From Octopus vulgaris (Eukaryota), in assembly GCA_951406725.2 (NCBI GenBank), contig OX597819.1, positions 26,350,001-26,414,000 of the forward strand: a stretch of DNA of 64,000 nt, in the 5' to 3' direction. Both the position numbers and the translations under genes were made by a program. Shown piece after piece: positions 14,498 to 28,806 of the stretch. The notes below the pieces were generated by a model. It was given only the letters and a program-made list of their open reading frames with translations. It was not told where the DNA came from and did no database searches. The first letter of the stretch is position 1; each line of letters starts with the position of its first letter.

Positions 14498-16284
14498 ATA
14501 TGTCTCTAATGTTTTAAGTATTTGCTTAATGCGAGAAAACAAAATGAAGACAACTTCGAATCAACAAGGGACACAATCAAATTTTGGTCTCATGGAAAGA
14601 ACAAATTTTTCATCACCGTGACGCGTTAAAAACGGAATGTCACTGGGGATAGTGATAATCCTGAGTACACCACGCATGTAACGAAAAATGAATGATCAGG
14701 ACTGAAATGTTTGTTATCATATAGCCGATATGAAACTGAATCACGACAGGGCTGCAAAATGATATATTAAAGTGATTTCTCCGTCTTTGTTACTACCACA
14801 TAAACAACTTCAGCAAAGATGTTGCAATTAAATCTGAATAGTATGATATATATGAAATTCTTTAGCTACAATATCTTACCTCTAAGTTTAAAATCATTTC
14901 TGATATAGGATGGCAGGCGTGATAATTTCCAAAATTTTATTTAAGACAGTATGCAGTCGGAATTAAATCAGAACTTTGGTAAGGGAACAAAACGGAAAGA
15001 GTTTCTCCTGAATTAGAACTCATCAATTAATATTAGTTTCCTAAAAATCAAACGTATATAACCGCAAATTTACATAATTTTGATAGTTGTATAATAATCA
15101 ATTCTTAAATTTACACATTAATATATAATATATAGATTACGGGAAAGGAATTATGAAAAGAAATTTCTGAAAACGAAGATTCGTACATGATGTTCAATAT
15201 ATAGAATAGTTTAATAAATCACAGAATTTTCAGAAATACGTATCTGTTCGAGACGATTGTGAAGCACAAGACGCAGTTTTAAGTAGATCTACAGATTATT
15301 GCAGATATATAAATGATATTATAGATATTTATAATTCAATTTTGTGATAATTATGTCGATGTCAAATATTAGACAGAAGTAAACTGGAAAATCAAATTAT
15401 AAATCACTTCGTTATGTTAGCATCTGAACAAACTTCGTTTGAGAAAGGATTAAATGAACTTTGAAAATCTGGCTATAATTAATGCTTTGCATTTTCGTTC
15501 AAAGACGCAATTTAATGCAACCATAACAATGGCAAATAAAGTCAACCCTTGAAATGTTATTAATCTGTAAATCTGTCATTACGCACAAGTTATTATTTAG
15601 CCCTGAGATAACAATGACCAATCAGAACATTAATCAAAGGCATTCCGAATTTGTTTATCCAGTTTGTATTCGAACGATATTTCTAAGACAGTTTTCCCGA
15701 CATGAAGAATAATAAAAAAAAAAATGGGATGTAAGAGTTGACTCACCTACAAATATAATCTATTGTTGTGATGTAGTAAATGAACTAATTAATTTGCCAG
15801 CTTATATAAAATGCGATAAATCAAGAATGTCTTAGAAAGTTACACAGACGTATGAAAGACAATCAATTCGTTCGAATATCACTATGATAGATAATGAATC
15901 TATCAAGAAAAACTTCATGAAGATGCTTCTTAATTCCCGGAAAGGTCTTTTTTATGAACAGCTCAAAAATCATTTGCAACAGTCAGCTCATGGAGTATGG
16001 GTGTTTCTCCCGAATTCTCTAGGTATTGATTTCGTCATTATAAACTCCTATCATTTCTCATATCACAGAAACCTCGAGTGGTCTCCCACCTTCCGATAAC
16101 AGTGGAACCACTCGCTCGGGTATTCAATGGTTTATACCGGTCCTACAGCATTCGCCTCCTTCTTACTGTTTTGGCTTAATGTAATCACGGACAGCAGCTT
16201 ATAGTATATAGCGTACACTATTTCTGTTGATAATTCAAATTTCTGTTACTGGTAGAGCTTTGTACACACAGCAGATCTTCATTG

Positions 16285-16679
16285 GCATCGACCCCAGTAC
16301 TCAATTGGTACTTATTACATTGAGCCCTGAAAGGATGAAAGGCAAAGTTGACCTCAGCGGAATTTGAACTCAGAACGTCTTTAAAACGGACAAAATGCCG
16401 TTAAGCATTTTGTCCGGCGTGCAAACAATTTTGCCAGGTTGCCGCCTTACACCCGATTAATAATCCATTCTACTATAGACACACGGTCTGAAAATTTGGG
16501 GGAGGGGTTGGCTAGTCGATTACATCGATCCCAGTCCTCAACAGGTACTATTCTATCGACCCCGAAAGGATAAAGGCAAAGTCAACCTCGGCGGAATTTG
16601 AACTCAGAATGTAAAGACGAATGAAATGCCGCTAAGCATTTTACCCAGCGTGCTAACGATTCCACCAGCTCGCCGCCTA
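16285..16679 (-). mobile_element. Tandem pair of SINE family C copies
   Basis: Two repeats of GGCAAAGTYRACCTCRGCGGAATTTGAACTCAGAA...CGCCGCC. Confidence 0.85.
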
Positions 16680-16914
16680 ACACCATGTTCATAATGACAA
16701 ATATATTTTACTAAAGTCTTCAGCAATTTAAACTTAGAAATAAAGGCAATGCATTTGAACAGAAGTATGGTAACAAAGCGGTTACTGCTATACCGGACCG
16801 CTTAGGGCTGGGTTACATAAAGAAAGAACAAGCCCTAGATAAGGAGGAAAAAAACTGATTAGAAAACAAAAATCAAGTGCCCTAATGGTAGAATTGTTAT
16901 GGGAAAGAAGTAAT

Positions 16915-17304
16915 CTTTTACTTGTTTCAGTCATTTGACTGCGCCCATGCTGGAGCACCGCCTTTTGTCGAGCAAATCAACCCCAGGACTTATTCTTTGT
17001 AAGCCTAGTACTTATTCTATATGTCTCTTTTGCCGAACCGTTAAGTTACAGGGACGTAAACACACCAGCATCGGTTGTCAAGCGATGTTGGGGGGACAAA
17101 CACACACACAAATACATACACACACATACATATATATATATACATATATACGACGGGCTTCTTTCAGTTTCCGTCTACCAAATCTACTCACAAGGCTTTG
17201 GTCGGCCCGACGCTATAGTAGAAGACACTTTCCCAAAGTGCCACGCAGTGGGACTGAACCAGAACCATGTAGTTGGTAAGCAAGCTACTTACCACACAGC
17301 CACC
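16915..17304 (-). mobile_element. SINE family A copy (well preserved)
   Basis: Near full-length reverse-complement match to 4106-4610. Confidence 0.9.
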
Positions 17305-18072
17305 ACGAGTAACTTTGGTGTATTTAGGAACGTTCCAGTGTGATCTTGTTTTTCTAAGAGACAGTGCTGTGATTTGGTGAAGACTTTGTTGCTAATCAGA
17401 GAGCATCGAGGTTCCATAGTTATTGTGTCGGGTCAGGAGAATTATATAATGTGTTTGTGAGTAAGTTTTTCGCAACCAATCAAATGGTTTAGCCATTTTT
17501 TTAATTTGAATTTTTCTTTTTTTACAATTTTTGTTTTGTTCTTTAATCTTTTTGTGTGTAGCAGATGGAGAAGTTGTTCGGGCGTGGAATCTATAATCGA
17601 ACACAAACAGCAATATTTTCGTCATCACCTTAGCCGAAATCTTTTGCTCCCATAACCCCAATATTCTGTAAGTAGGTAGGCCTACAAACCGGATATTTCT
17701 ATTACGTCCCAACCTTCATTGTTCACGTTCTTTCTCAATAATCTGAGTCTCTCCCTCTCTCTCTCTCTCTCTCTCTCCTTTGGTTTGTTCTTATAACTGA
17801 AAACAGGCTAAGGTTTAAAAAAAGTTTATCCATTTTTCTTCACTTTTTGAGGGTGGATGAGAGTCTTTATGTTCTTCGAAAATCGTGCCTTTAGTTATAC
17901 TAAGGATTTTGCTACAATCGGAATTTAATCACAATCATTATTTGTACGGCACAGACCGATTTTAGCTCCCTATACATTACCCGGTTTATCTGGTGCATAT
18001 GGCCAGTTTTGATGGCAGCGTAGTAAATTCTGAGAGAGTAAGAAAAAAGAAAAGAGACAGTGTGCGTGTGTA

Positions 18073-18132
<60 letters not shown>

Positions 18133-18889
18133 GAAAGAACAAAATATCGGCTGCAATATTGACTGATATGTAATTCATCGACTTCCAAGAAATAAAGCCA
18201 ATGTTTATCTCCGGTGGATCTGAGCAAAGGTTGCCAGAACAAATACTGCGAGCGTTTGGTCCTATGTTCTAATGACTTTGCTATTTTTTATTGACTTGTA
18301 TTAGTCGTAAAACATGATTACCTTACCTTTATAGGGGTATCCTAAACTGATGGTAGTGTGATTTCTGATGTATACTTCCTAACTATTTCTAGTAGGAAGT
18401 GTGATAAAGTTTCCCGTTTTCAATTGAGTTTAAAAGTTTGTTTGTGATTTTTCATTTAAAACCATTAAATATTCTAGTAGATAAAAACAGTTTTGGATTG
18501 TCTCTAGAAATCAATTTGCTATTTATATTGAATAGAAATGTTTTCAACACTTTATTCATGAAACATCAGTCATCGAGGTCGGTATTGAAATACACGTAAT
18601 GTTGACCTTGTATTTTGATAAACAGTTCTCAACATTTTTGAGAAAGATGTCTGTCACTAAGTTAAATTTCATGATTTATATCAGTAGAGAGAAAAAAAGT
18701 AATTAATAGTTCACAAAATAGTAATTTTGTTGCTATTGTGGTGAGATGGTAAAACCGTTAGAGAGTCGTGAAAAGTGCTTTATGATAATTGTTCCGAATC
18801 TTCAAGTTCTGAATTCAAATCCGTGTAAAGCCAATTTGGCCTTTTATCCAGTAAGAATTGGATTGAACTGTTTGTTTTGTTGAAAGAAA

Positions 18890-19745
18890 CGTTGGCGTTT
18901 CTCATACGGGCGGATTCTTTATGCTTTGGCGAGGATGTCTTACTTCAGCTATTCTTTTTAATTTTTATTTCAGACATCTCTTGTTCTGTAATTTTGTAAT
19001 TACGGAGTATATTCCTTCTCTTTTTGTTGCTTAGTAGTGTTGATTGTCTACTAGTTTCATTAATGATTAACAGATCCTTTCACTTATTTTCTATTTTATC
19101 TGGATATTATTTATCTCAAGTTTTGTTTGGGTGGATATATTCTTGTTTGGATGAGTTTTAGAGGGTATCCAACTACCTTTGTGACCTCAGAGGCTGCTGA
19201 ATATATCATATAATTTAATCTGGTCATATTGACATTTGTTTCTGTTTCTATTAGTTCTGTGACGGCCAGGTTCATACTATTTACAATTGATGTTGTTCTA
19301 TTATCAATTTCAATTTTTGGGAGGTACAATCAGTGGTCCATACTGAGATCTGTGGCTTTCGATTGTTTTATTATTCTCATTTTTAGAGTATCGTAATAAT
19401 TACTTTCATCTTCATTGTTTCCAGGTTTTAGAATTGTTTCGTTTTCCCTCCCGTTCATATTTTGCCTTTGGTGTTCTGATTTGCTGCATTTTGTATAATG
19501 TCGTACATCTCTACGGTCTGGGATTTCTACATTATACATTTCTACGGTCTTTCGTTGCTTATTTTGTTTTTGTTGGACATGTTATGTCTGTCTTTGTATT
19601 TTACAGCCCCAGTGCTTATAATATTATTTGGCATTCTTGTGTGGTTACTATTTACGTTTTCCTGATGTATTTTTCCTTTTAAGTGTTCTATATCTATTTC
19701 TGATATTTTTAAAGAATATATCTTCGTATGTTATCTAGTTTATTA
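18890..19745 (-). mobile_element. Probable N-terminal fragment of an R4/Dong-type LINE ORF
   Basis: LPKIEIDNRTTSIVNSMNLAV...RLNYMIYSAASEVT resembles the pre-RT region of RLE-LINEs. It has the same orientation as the adjacent fragments. Confidence 0.5.
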
Positions 19746-19842
19746 GGGTTAAATGCTGCATCCAAATCGAGTGATCGCACTGAATTATTGCATCCCACAG
19801 GATTTTGCAATTCTATTTTCGGTGACTCCTTCTAAAGTTTAC

Positions 19843-20200
19843 TCATACTAAATTTTTGTAGGCCGCGGTTTCCACAGACTCCCAATGGATGAGTCTTGCC
19901 ACATTGTCATGGAATCGTTTGCATATGCGTTGTGCTAATTTCGAACATTCGCTAACGATGTTCCATACCGTTTCACCCCTCTCACCACACATTCTGCATT
20001 TGTAGCTATCGGTAGTGTTGTCTATACCGCACTTCATATAGTTGGTCCTTAACGCTTCTTCCTGAGCTGCGCATACGAGTGTTTTTGTCTCTATCTTCAG
20101 ACCACCAATCCTTATCCATAGCCACCGGTCTTCCGTATCCATCTTGGCGTTCACATATCTTGCAAAGTGACTGTACGTCCTCTTTCCCTTCCATGCTTTT
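19843..20200 (-). mobile_element. R4/Dong-type RLE-LINE fragment (CCHC zinc-knuckle region)
   Basis: WIRIGGLKIETKTLVCAAQEEALRTNY...CRMCGERGETVWNIVSECSKLAQ..KRFHDNVARLIHW. Confidence 0.85.
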
Positions 20201-20319
20201 TCTTTTTTTCTTTATTATTATTATTTATTATTATTATTATTATTATTTTTTATTATCATTATTAGCATTATTATTATTGTTGTTGTTGTTATTATCATTA
20301 TTATTGTTACTATTATTGA

Positions 20320-20788
20320 TTGAGAGAGCAGTGCATGTCATCAAAGTGACACTGAGGTACAAATATACGAAGCACAGTATACCCATCATGACTACCCGTC
20401 TGATAAGGGTATACTAGGCGCATGCATCACAACCATATGTGCGTGACATGGTGATCTCATATCAAGATAAACAGCGCATGACCTTGCAGGTGGGGCCCAG
20501 TTAGAATTTTCTTCTGGTCGAGTATCCCATCCCGCTCAAAAGGTCCATGAATATGGATTGTTTAAGGATGTTGAACGGACCACCCATGTTTTCAAAGGTG
20601 CATTATTCAAACCCCAATGAATTCCTTTCAACGCATGGCTATGATGCTCTCCCACTACGTCTGCTTGTGATCAGAGTTGCACATATCGTCAGCCACTAAG
20701 GGACATGCTCAAATGGTTACGGTCAAACAACTGACAAGCAAATCTGTGGTATTGAGCAGAATATTTGCTATAGCTCATCTTTATTTTC
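20320..20788 (-). repeat. Unclassified interspersed repeat inserted in (TAA)n
   Basis: A higher-GC block of about 460 bp bounded on both sides by (TTA)n tracts, with no protein motif. It is single-copy in this window, so repeat status is inferred. Confidence 0.45.
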
Positions 20789-21199
20789 ATTATTATCATT
20801 ATTATTATTATTGTTTTTATTATTATTATATGTTTGTCTCTTGCGTTGTATTTGTGTAAGTTGACTCCAAGTCTCACCCAGAGACCTCGAGTGGAAACCA
20901 TATATATGGTTTTGCACAGAATATTTTTCTAGAGTATGTCTATCAGAACAAATAATTTAAAATTTAAAAGTAATTTGGTTATAAGATGATAGTCTGATGT
21001 TAAGATGACAGTAAAAAGGTGCTTACTATTATGTACACTTAAAAGTACATTTGACGCTGTTTACTGATTGAAATTTCTTGGGAATTACATAGACAATATT
21101 TTACGTAGGATAAATTGCCGTTCCCATGAATACTATTTTTTAAAATTTCTTCTATTTTTGGAATTCCTGGAATCCGAGCTAGGTAGCAATCAGTCCTTA

Positions 21200-21973
21200 T
21201 TGCTATCATTCCTAGGGTACATATGGTATTATTCTAATCTTGAGGTTCCACATCTTGCCAATTTCTATTTCATGATCTTAATACTAGCTCAGTTTTTGGT
21301 AGGTACATTTATTTCGATTGGGATAGTCATATCGATGAGGAGGCATCATTTTGTTTGAAGCCCTTCAATATAATGTCCGGTATATTTTCCTCTATCTTTC
21401 TGTCAGTTTGAAGGGTGAAATTCCAAAGGAGTAAGATGTGACCATTTTCAAGCACTTGTGGTAGTTTGTGTTCCCACTAGTTTTTATCATGGAGCAGGTT
21501 CAAGTTTTTCCAAATTACCCAGTGAATATACTGTGCTGATCTCTTAAGCCTGTTGAGATACTTTGTAGGTGCAAAATGACTGCACACGGACATAACGTGA
21601 TCAATGATTTCATTTTGATGTTTACATAAACGACATGTTGGGCTACTGTCGTTCTTTAAGATGGATTGGTAGTTTCGTATGGGTAGGCATTGATTTTGGG
21701 CTGCTATGACAGACACTTCTGTTGCTGATTTTAAGCCAGAAGACACTAACCTTTGATGGGTACAGGCTTTGTCAACATCGGCATTATTAGCTCTCTTTGG
21801 GTATTTGCCATTGAGAGAGTTTTCTTGCAATTTATCAGTAAGAATATCTAAGGCAGATTTAGCACGTGTTTTCATACGCTTAGCTTTTTCTGGGCTTTAT
21901 TCCAGTACATCCAATTCTGGGATTTGTTGTATTTGGAATTCACTTAGACATTTCTTTACCTGCTTTATTACTG

Positions 21974-21975
<2 letters not shown>
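21200..21975 (-). mobile_element. R4/Dong-type RLE-LINE 3' fragment
   Basis: LKSATEVSVIAAQNQCLPIRNY...CRLCKHQNEIIDHVMSVC...AQYIHW, followed by LLWNFTLQTDRKIEENIPDII (start of the PD-(D/E)xK nuclease). Confidence 0.85.
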
Positions 21976-22034
<59 letters not shown>

Positions 22035-22035
<1 letters not shown>

Positions 22036-23660
22036 TTCTTTTTATCACAGGTTTTGTTGGAACTCCTGTAGACTTGCATGCGTAGCGGGCTTACTGCCTG
22101 CAGCCTACGGTACCATGCTATCCGTTCTTTTAAGCTACCTAATACTTTCCTCTTTATTCTGGCCGTTGCAAGGTATCAAAGCTTTTGTAAAAGATTTACT
22201 AGGCACTCTATTCTAATTTTCTTTATATTCTCCTTGATCCCTTATGATACTGTTCCCAACGACCCAACAATAATTGGCACTATCATCACCTTCTTCATTT
22301 TCCATAGCCTGGTTATTTCGTGCGTAAGAAAGTTGTATTTATCTATCTTTTCGACATCTTTCTTGGGCCAAACGGGCATGCAACATCATCTACATAGCAT
22401 ACGTGCTGCACCCTGTCCACCACCACTAGATCCGGTCCGTTATGCTCTAGCACTAGATCTGTTTGGATTGGGAAAACCAAGAAGATCTTGCAAGCCTCCC
22501 AATCCGCCACCATCTGCGGTTTGTGCTCATACCACGTCTTGCCTATCGCTATCTCTCACTTTCTAATGTAGCACTTTCGCTACCTGATCGCGTCGCCACA
22601 ACGTGTAATGCTTTTGGGTAAATCTAGGGCACTTGTTCGTGATATGGGCGATGGTTTCATTCACTCTATTTCAGGTGCGACACAGCGGAGACACTTGCTC
22701 ATTCCTAAGCTTGACCTTCCAGCTCGTGGCAAAAGCTTGGTCTTGAGCAGCAAGTATAGTACTCTCAGGTCTCTTTTTTAGGTTCCTTTCATCAGCTAAT
22801 TTCACGTATTGTTTCTAGCAATTTATGTTGTGGCTATATGGAATTGATTGTGTAGTTTGTTATTGAGTAATTATTCCCCATGTTCTTTTTCGTACTTCTT
22901 CCTTTGTTTTTTCATTTGGGATGGAAGCACTCCGTCGGTTACGACGACGAGGGTTCCGGTTGATCCGAATCAACGGAACAGCCTGCTCGTGAAATTAACG
23001 TTTAAGTGGCTGAGCACTCCACAGACACGTGTACCCTTAACGTAGTTCTCGGGGATATTCAGCGTGACACAGAGAGTGACAAGGCCGGTCCTTTGAAATT
23101 AGGTGTTTTCGCTCAATAAACACTCACAACGCCCGGTCTGGGAATCGAAACCGCGACCCTATGACCGCGAGTTCGCTGCCCTAACCACTGGGCCATTGCG
23201 CCTCCACGTTTTTTTCATTTTATTCTCTGCTTTCAATATTCACTCGTTCCTAACTGTCACTAGCAAGGTTTCCTTACTTAGGGCTAGGTATCTCATTACG
23301 CTCTTGATACGCACGCAGTCTTCCACACTTTTCAGTCGTCTTCCTCCATTTGCTCCCTTCATGTATAAGCGCTCAGTGTCTGCATGTGGAGGATGTGCTC
23401 CATACATCATTAGGAGCTTTCTTCACTTTCTTTCCATTATATTTAAGTTATCCTCCGTATACTTCAGTATCGAAGAGCCATACCGAACTGCGTGCGAGTT
23501 TATTGCCGAAATTATGTTTCTGGCATTCAGGTTTGAAGCCAATAATTTCTTACTCGCCGCAGGTACTCTCATTTTCTCTTTTCCTTCACGTCGTTGTATT
23601 TGACTCCATCTGCCTCAAGTATGCCCATGTAATAATAGGTTAATCGTGGCTGAATAGCCT
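22035..23660 (-). mobile_element. R4/Dong-type RLE-LINE 3' portion, interrupted by a SINE
   Basis: LNARNIISAIN...ERLYMKGANGGRRLKSVED (23.3-23.6 kb), then knuckle and nuclease PIQTDLVLEHNGPDLVVVD...IVPIIVGSLGTV (22.1-22.8 kb). It ends in (TAA)n. Confidence 0.85.
22918..23207 (-). mobile_element. tRNA-derived SINE family B
   Basis: Minus-strand head GTGGAGGCGCAATGGCCCAGTGGTTAGGGCAGCG..GGTTTCGATTCCC. Flanked by duplicated TTTTTTCATTT. Confidence 0.9.
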
Positions 23661-23661
23661 T

Positions 23662-23715
<54 letters not shown>

Positions 23716-23815
23716 TTATTATTATTATTATCATTATTATTATTATTATTAGTTGTAGTAGTAGTAGTAGTATTAGTTGTTGTAGTAGTAGTTGTAGTAG
23801 TAGTAGTAGTAGTAG
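23660..23815. repeat. (CTA)n/(TTA)n/(TAG)n trinucleotide tract
   Basis: Directly visible. Confidence 0.95.
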
Positions 23816-23829
23816 AATATAAGGCACGT

Positions 23830-24133
23830 ATATATTAGATGGAGAGTAACTTCCTGAGAATGTTGTAGGATGATGTCAACACAACTTTATGAGTCTCATC
23901 GATTGTTTGTTTCCCAGGGTTCTGGTCAAAATATTTGTCACTAGCTTTCTTGATCATTGCCAGGCACCTAGAACAACAAAGAAGGTTTTGGTTTTTATAA
24001 CGCATGATTTCTCCGCGGACGTTGGCTAATTTGTTTGCAGCCTGGAGGTGTCTGTCTACCCTAATCTGGATGCGTTGTGCTGCACTGTATTGCGCTGATC
24101 ATCAAGGAAGTATTCATGGCCCTGCAGCAGCGA

Positions 24134-24135
<2 letters not shown>
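23830..24135 (-). mobile_element. RLE-LINE extreme C-terminal fragment
   Basis: MIKKASDKYFDQNPGKQTIDETHKVVLTSSYNILRKLLSI* resembles the R4/Dong C-terminus. Flanked by trinucleotide tracts. Confidence 0.6.
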
Positions 24136-24165
<30 letters not shown>

Positions 24166-24166
24166 A

Positions 24167-24529
24167 AAGGCAGCGAGCTGATAAAGTCATTAGCACGTTG
24201 GACGAAATGCTTAGCGATGTTTCGCCCGTCACTTCGTTCAGAGTTCAAATTCCGTCGAAGTCGACTTCACTTCTCATACTTTCGGGGATGATAAATTGAG
24301 TACCAGTCAAGCAGTGGGGTCAATGTGATCGTCTGTTCCCCTCCCCACCAAAATCCAGGCCTTGTGCCTATACTATAAAGGATTATTATGTTTAGGAAGG
24401 CGGCGAGCTTGCAGAAACGTTTCATCACTTCGTGGTCGATAAATTAAGTACCAGGTAAACACTGGGGTTGATATAATCGTCTAGTCCCCTCCTTCAAAGT
24501 TCAGGCCTTGTGCCTTTAGTAGAATGGAC

Positions 24530-24530
<1 letters not shown>
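24167..24530 (+). mobile_element. SINE family C tandem copies
   Basis: AAGGCAGCGAGCTG...GAGTTCAAATTCC...GATAAATT..GTACCAG, followed by a second internally deleted unit. Confidence 0.8.
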
Positions 24531-24612
<82 letters not shown>

Positions 24613-25079
24613 GAAGAACATGAAAAATATCAAGGGATTGCATCACATTAAGAACGCATGAGATACACGTTGGTTGACTGACGAAAATAAAGCGTAGCAA
24701 TCGAATATTTATATTGTTCATTGATGTACTCGGATACACTTATCAAATGCATGTAAATAGAAACTGCTTTCGTGAAAGTAACGGTGTCATCTAATATTAA
24801 TAGACAAAAACAAATCACGAATAGTATTAAATTGTGTGGGAATAAATAGATATGCATGATGCGGATATAAAGATGATAAACGTTTTAATAGACACTTTGA
24901 AATATATAATTCTATATGTTCTGTGAAACACACACATTGACGTCTTTGTATCATCGTTTGTACGTATATGTGTGTATGCCTGTTTATAAGAAGGTTTTTT
25001 TTTCTTTTCTTTTCTTCACGTATCACATATAGGATTATTTATAGTAATGTTTCAGAATGTTTCTTATTTTTGTTCAGTT

Positions 25080-25141
25080 ATATACATACATACATACATA
25101 CATACATACATACATACATACACACACACATATATACATAC

Positions 25142-25213
<72 letters not shown>

Positions 25214-25318
25214 GTGTGTGTTATATGTATATTTATATATATATATATATATTATATATTATATATATATCTATGTGTGTGTATATATGTATATATATAT
25301 ATATATATAAGTATATAT

Positions 25319-25368
<50 letters not shown>
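25080..25368. repeat. Compound (TACA)n/(TA)n/(TG)n microsatellite
   Basis: Directly visible. Confidence 0.95.
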
Positions 25369-25372
<4 letters not shown>

Positions 25373-25689
25373 GGAGTATTCACAAAAAACAAAAGGCGAA
25401 GACAGGTGGTGTAGATAACAGACAGATGTATTATTTTAATGCTCGGAAAGTCAAAACTATTTCAAACATCCGTGCACTGGTGTGTTTAACTGCATCGAAA
25501 TTAGTTCATGATACTTTCGAAATGTTCGTACTTCTTTAACTCTTAATTTGCATTTCAGAAAAAAATCAGTAAAGGGTTTTTCAGACGTTTTTTTCTTCTC
25601 ATTTAAGTGTATATATCACACAAATTACCTTCATAATTAGTGTTTACATACTGAATATCGTGCCAAGTATTTAAATAGTAGAGATATAT

Positions 25690-25984
25690 CCCCGTGATCA
25701 TCGTGACCGACCAGGCTATCAGAGGTTGCTACACATCGCTGGTCACAATGTGCTTCGCATTGTTTTAGCCTTCAAATGACGCCACCCCGCTGGCTAAGCG
25801 AGCAGGAGAACAGAAGAAAGTGTAAGAGAAAGTTGTGGCGAAAGAATACAGCAGGGATCGACACCACCCCCTGCCGGAGCCGTGTAGGGCTTTAGGTGTT
25901 TTCGCTCAATAAACGCTCACAACGCCCGGTCTGGGAATTGAAACCGCGAGTCCGCCGCCCTAACAACTGGGCCATTGTGCCTCC
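25690..25984 (-). mobile_element. SINE family B copy with TSD
   Basis: 13-bp TSD AGTAGAGATATAT (25677-25689 / 25985-25997). The head matches 23100-23207. Confidence 0.9.
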
Positions 25985-26738
25985 AGTAGAGATATATATT
26001 TACAAATAAATAGCCATAGCATAAAGCTAAAATAAATAACATAGGTCAATGAAATGGGAAAATAAATATAAAAAATATATTTCCAACTGCAATGTAACAG
26101 TAATCCAACAGAAGCTGTCCAGCTTTAGGTTTGTTATTCTACAGTTATATTATTTTCTGAATTAAAATTGTACTCATATTGAGATCACTTCAGCAGAAAA
26201 TTATGTAGGACCTCTAGAAATTTGTCGTTTTGAACAGGCAAAATGTCTTAATATACTAGCAGAAAATATAAAAGAATATAATGAAGAGTCATAAATTCTT
26301 TCAGTTGATGGAAAAAGTATTCAAACACTGATGTTTGATTTTCATGTATTTTTTAGATTGTAACGTTATGGAGATCGTTGAAAGTTTCATGTAGTGTTTT
26401 GTAAAACCATTAACCTATGTTAGAGTAGAAATTAATTTCAACAATTGCATTTGGCAGGTACGCTCTATAGCATCATATTCATCAAAGAAACTAAATTAAT
26501 AATTACATATCTCCACTTTTCATTCAATAGAGTGTGCGTGCGTGCGGATGCGTGTATGTGTGTACCCACAGTAGAAAGAAAGGAGGAGATAGGTTTACCA
26601 TCCACACTTTTAGCTTAACAGTTGACTGCTATGTCTTTGGATCAATGTCCTTTTCGGAATAGATTGTAGAGAAAGAGAAGTGGAAATGAGAGGATGTAGC
26701 GGGATAAGTGCAACTTCGGCGAAATAGCTCCGTGGATA

Positions 26739-26962
<224 letters not shown>

Positions 26963-27134
26963 TTTCTATATTTGGTAAGGAAAGTTTCACTTGGGTGGAT
27001 TTGCATTAAAATATAATCGCTTCATTTCCTGTAGCGTATTCTTTGATCTATTTTTAAAAATTCGTTTAAGTGATTCTACTTCAGTCATACTTCAGCACCT
27101 CCCTAAAGAATTTTAGTAAAAGATAATGGACCCT

Positions 27135-27418
27135 AGTACTCTTTTCAATCTTTTACTTACCTATCAATCTCTTTTACTGAATCACCATGTTTCAAGGACA
27201 TTACCACAACACCAGTTATCAAATGGGACAAACACAGACAAAAATATATACACACATGGATACATATACGATGGGCTTTCTTCAACTATCCTCTACCAAA
27301 TCCGCTCACAAGGCTTTGATCGGTCTGTAGAAAATACTTGAACAAGGTTCCACGCGGTTGGACAGAACTCGAAACCTTATGGTTAGGAATAAAACTTCTG
27401 ATTAGACAGTCATGCCCA
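27135..27418 (-). mobile_element. Decayed SINE family A copy
   Basis: CTACCAAATCCGCTCACAAGGCTTTG and other family A blocks. Confidence 0.65.
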
Positions 27419-27907
27419 ATCAAGATATCTTTTTCACCATACGTCGTAAAATTTCTAGGGAGTTCGTTGTAAAATACAGGTTATAAAGAGAATATGAAAT
27501 ATCTTGGTATATTTCAATCATATTGAGTGTTAAGTGCTTAAGCAAGATAAATTAAAACACCTTACATGTATGGAGACATTATGATATTAAAAGTTTATGT
27601 GATAAATCTAACGCAGGAAAAATGTAATTGTAATGCGGTGGGCTACGTGTGTGTATGTGTGTGTGTGTGTATGTGGGAAAACTGAATGATATTACTTGAT
27701 AATTACATTTTTGGTATGCAAGGAAGTAATTGATATGACATACTGATGTATTTATTTGGTACTAGAGTAGGAACCTCCGAGTAGTATGCACAAAGCCATT
27801 GTGGCTGATTCGCCGCTCCCGAAAGCATTCGCCGTTGGAACGAAATAAAACAGCTTCGAGTTCAAAATTCTGATAACTCGAGCTTATAGCTTATATCTTG
27901 TTTTATA

Positions 27908-28806
27908 AGAGGTGGTATCAAAACTTACTCGGATTAGTTATGTTTAAGAAAAAATAACTTATTTAGCTAAGTTTTAACACCATCTCCCCCGGAGTAGGCA
28001 GATTGCACAGCAATATACCGGTCCTGGCGTTCCTGACACTTTTGGAATCCAACCTGGAAGTCGTTTTTCGCAAGCGAGTTGAGAGCCTTCTGCGACTCAC
28101 TCTTGATCTCGACAATGGCGACTTTGGGCTGCATTATTTTGGGTAAGAGATAGAAGTCCGCAGGTTCTAAATCTGGCAATCAGGGCGGGCGCGGATGCCA
28201 TACCATGTTTTTGGTGACAAAATCACGAGTGAGGAAAGCTCGGTGACACAGTGCATTGTGAAGAGTCCATTTCTTTGCGCTCCACAAATCCAGTCGGTTT
28301 CGCCAAATGCCCTTCCACAAACTCTCCATCAAACTGCCCTTCCTCAAAACGTCGTTGATTGTTCTCGTACGAGGCATACACTTATGAATTTTCCCCACAT
28401 TGCCACAGTTGGCGCTCGTGGCAGGTCAACTAGAACACTCATAATCTTCCGAGGACGTTCTTCCGCATTTGAACTGCCCGTACCACTCGAATTATTGTGT
28501 ACAACCTAGTGTCTCGTCACCGTAAGCTTTCCGATGCATACTCAATGTCTCTGTGGCAGGTTTACCAAGTTTAGCGCAAAATTTTACGATGGCCCTTTGT
28601 TCAAATTTCCTGTCCATGACGGAAATTTCCCTACAAAAATTGACTGTAGCATATACGTGGTCACAACTTACTAAGTAAACACAGCAATGTCACTCAGCAC
28701 ACTGCCTCATGAGGATCACTGCTAGCTATCACTGCGCATGCACCTGTATGCTACCATCTGTTGGGGCACTGCAGAACTTGTCTGGGAACATTTTCATACC
28801 ATCTCG
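27908..28806 (-). mobile_element. Decayed, internally deleted mariner transposon
   Basis: PDLEPADFYLLPKI (YSPDLAP-like), WTLHNALCHRA (HDNA-like) and FQKCQERQDRYIAVQSAY. TIRs TA-AGAGGTGGTATCAAAA / TTTTCATACCATCTCG-TA. Confidence 0.85.
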
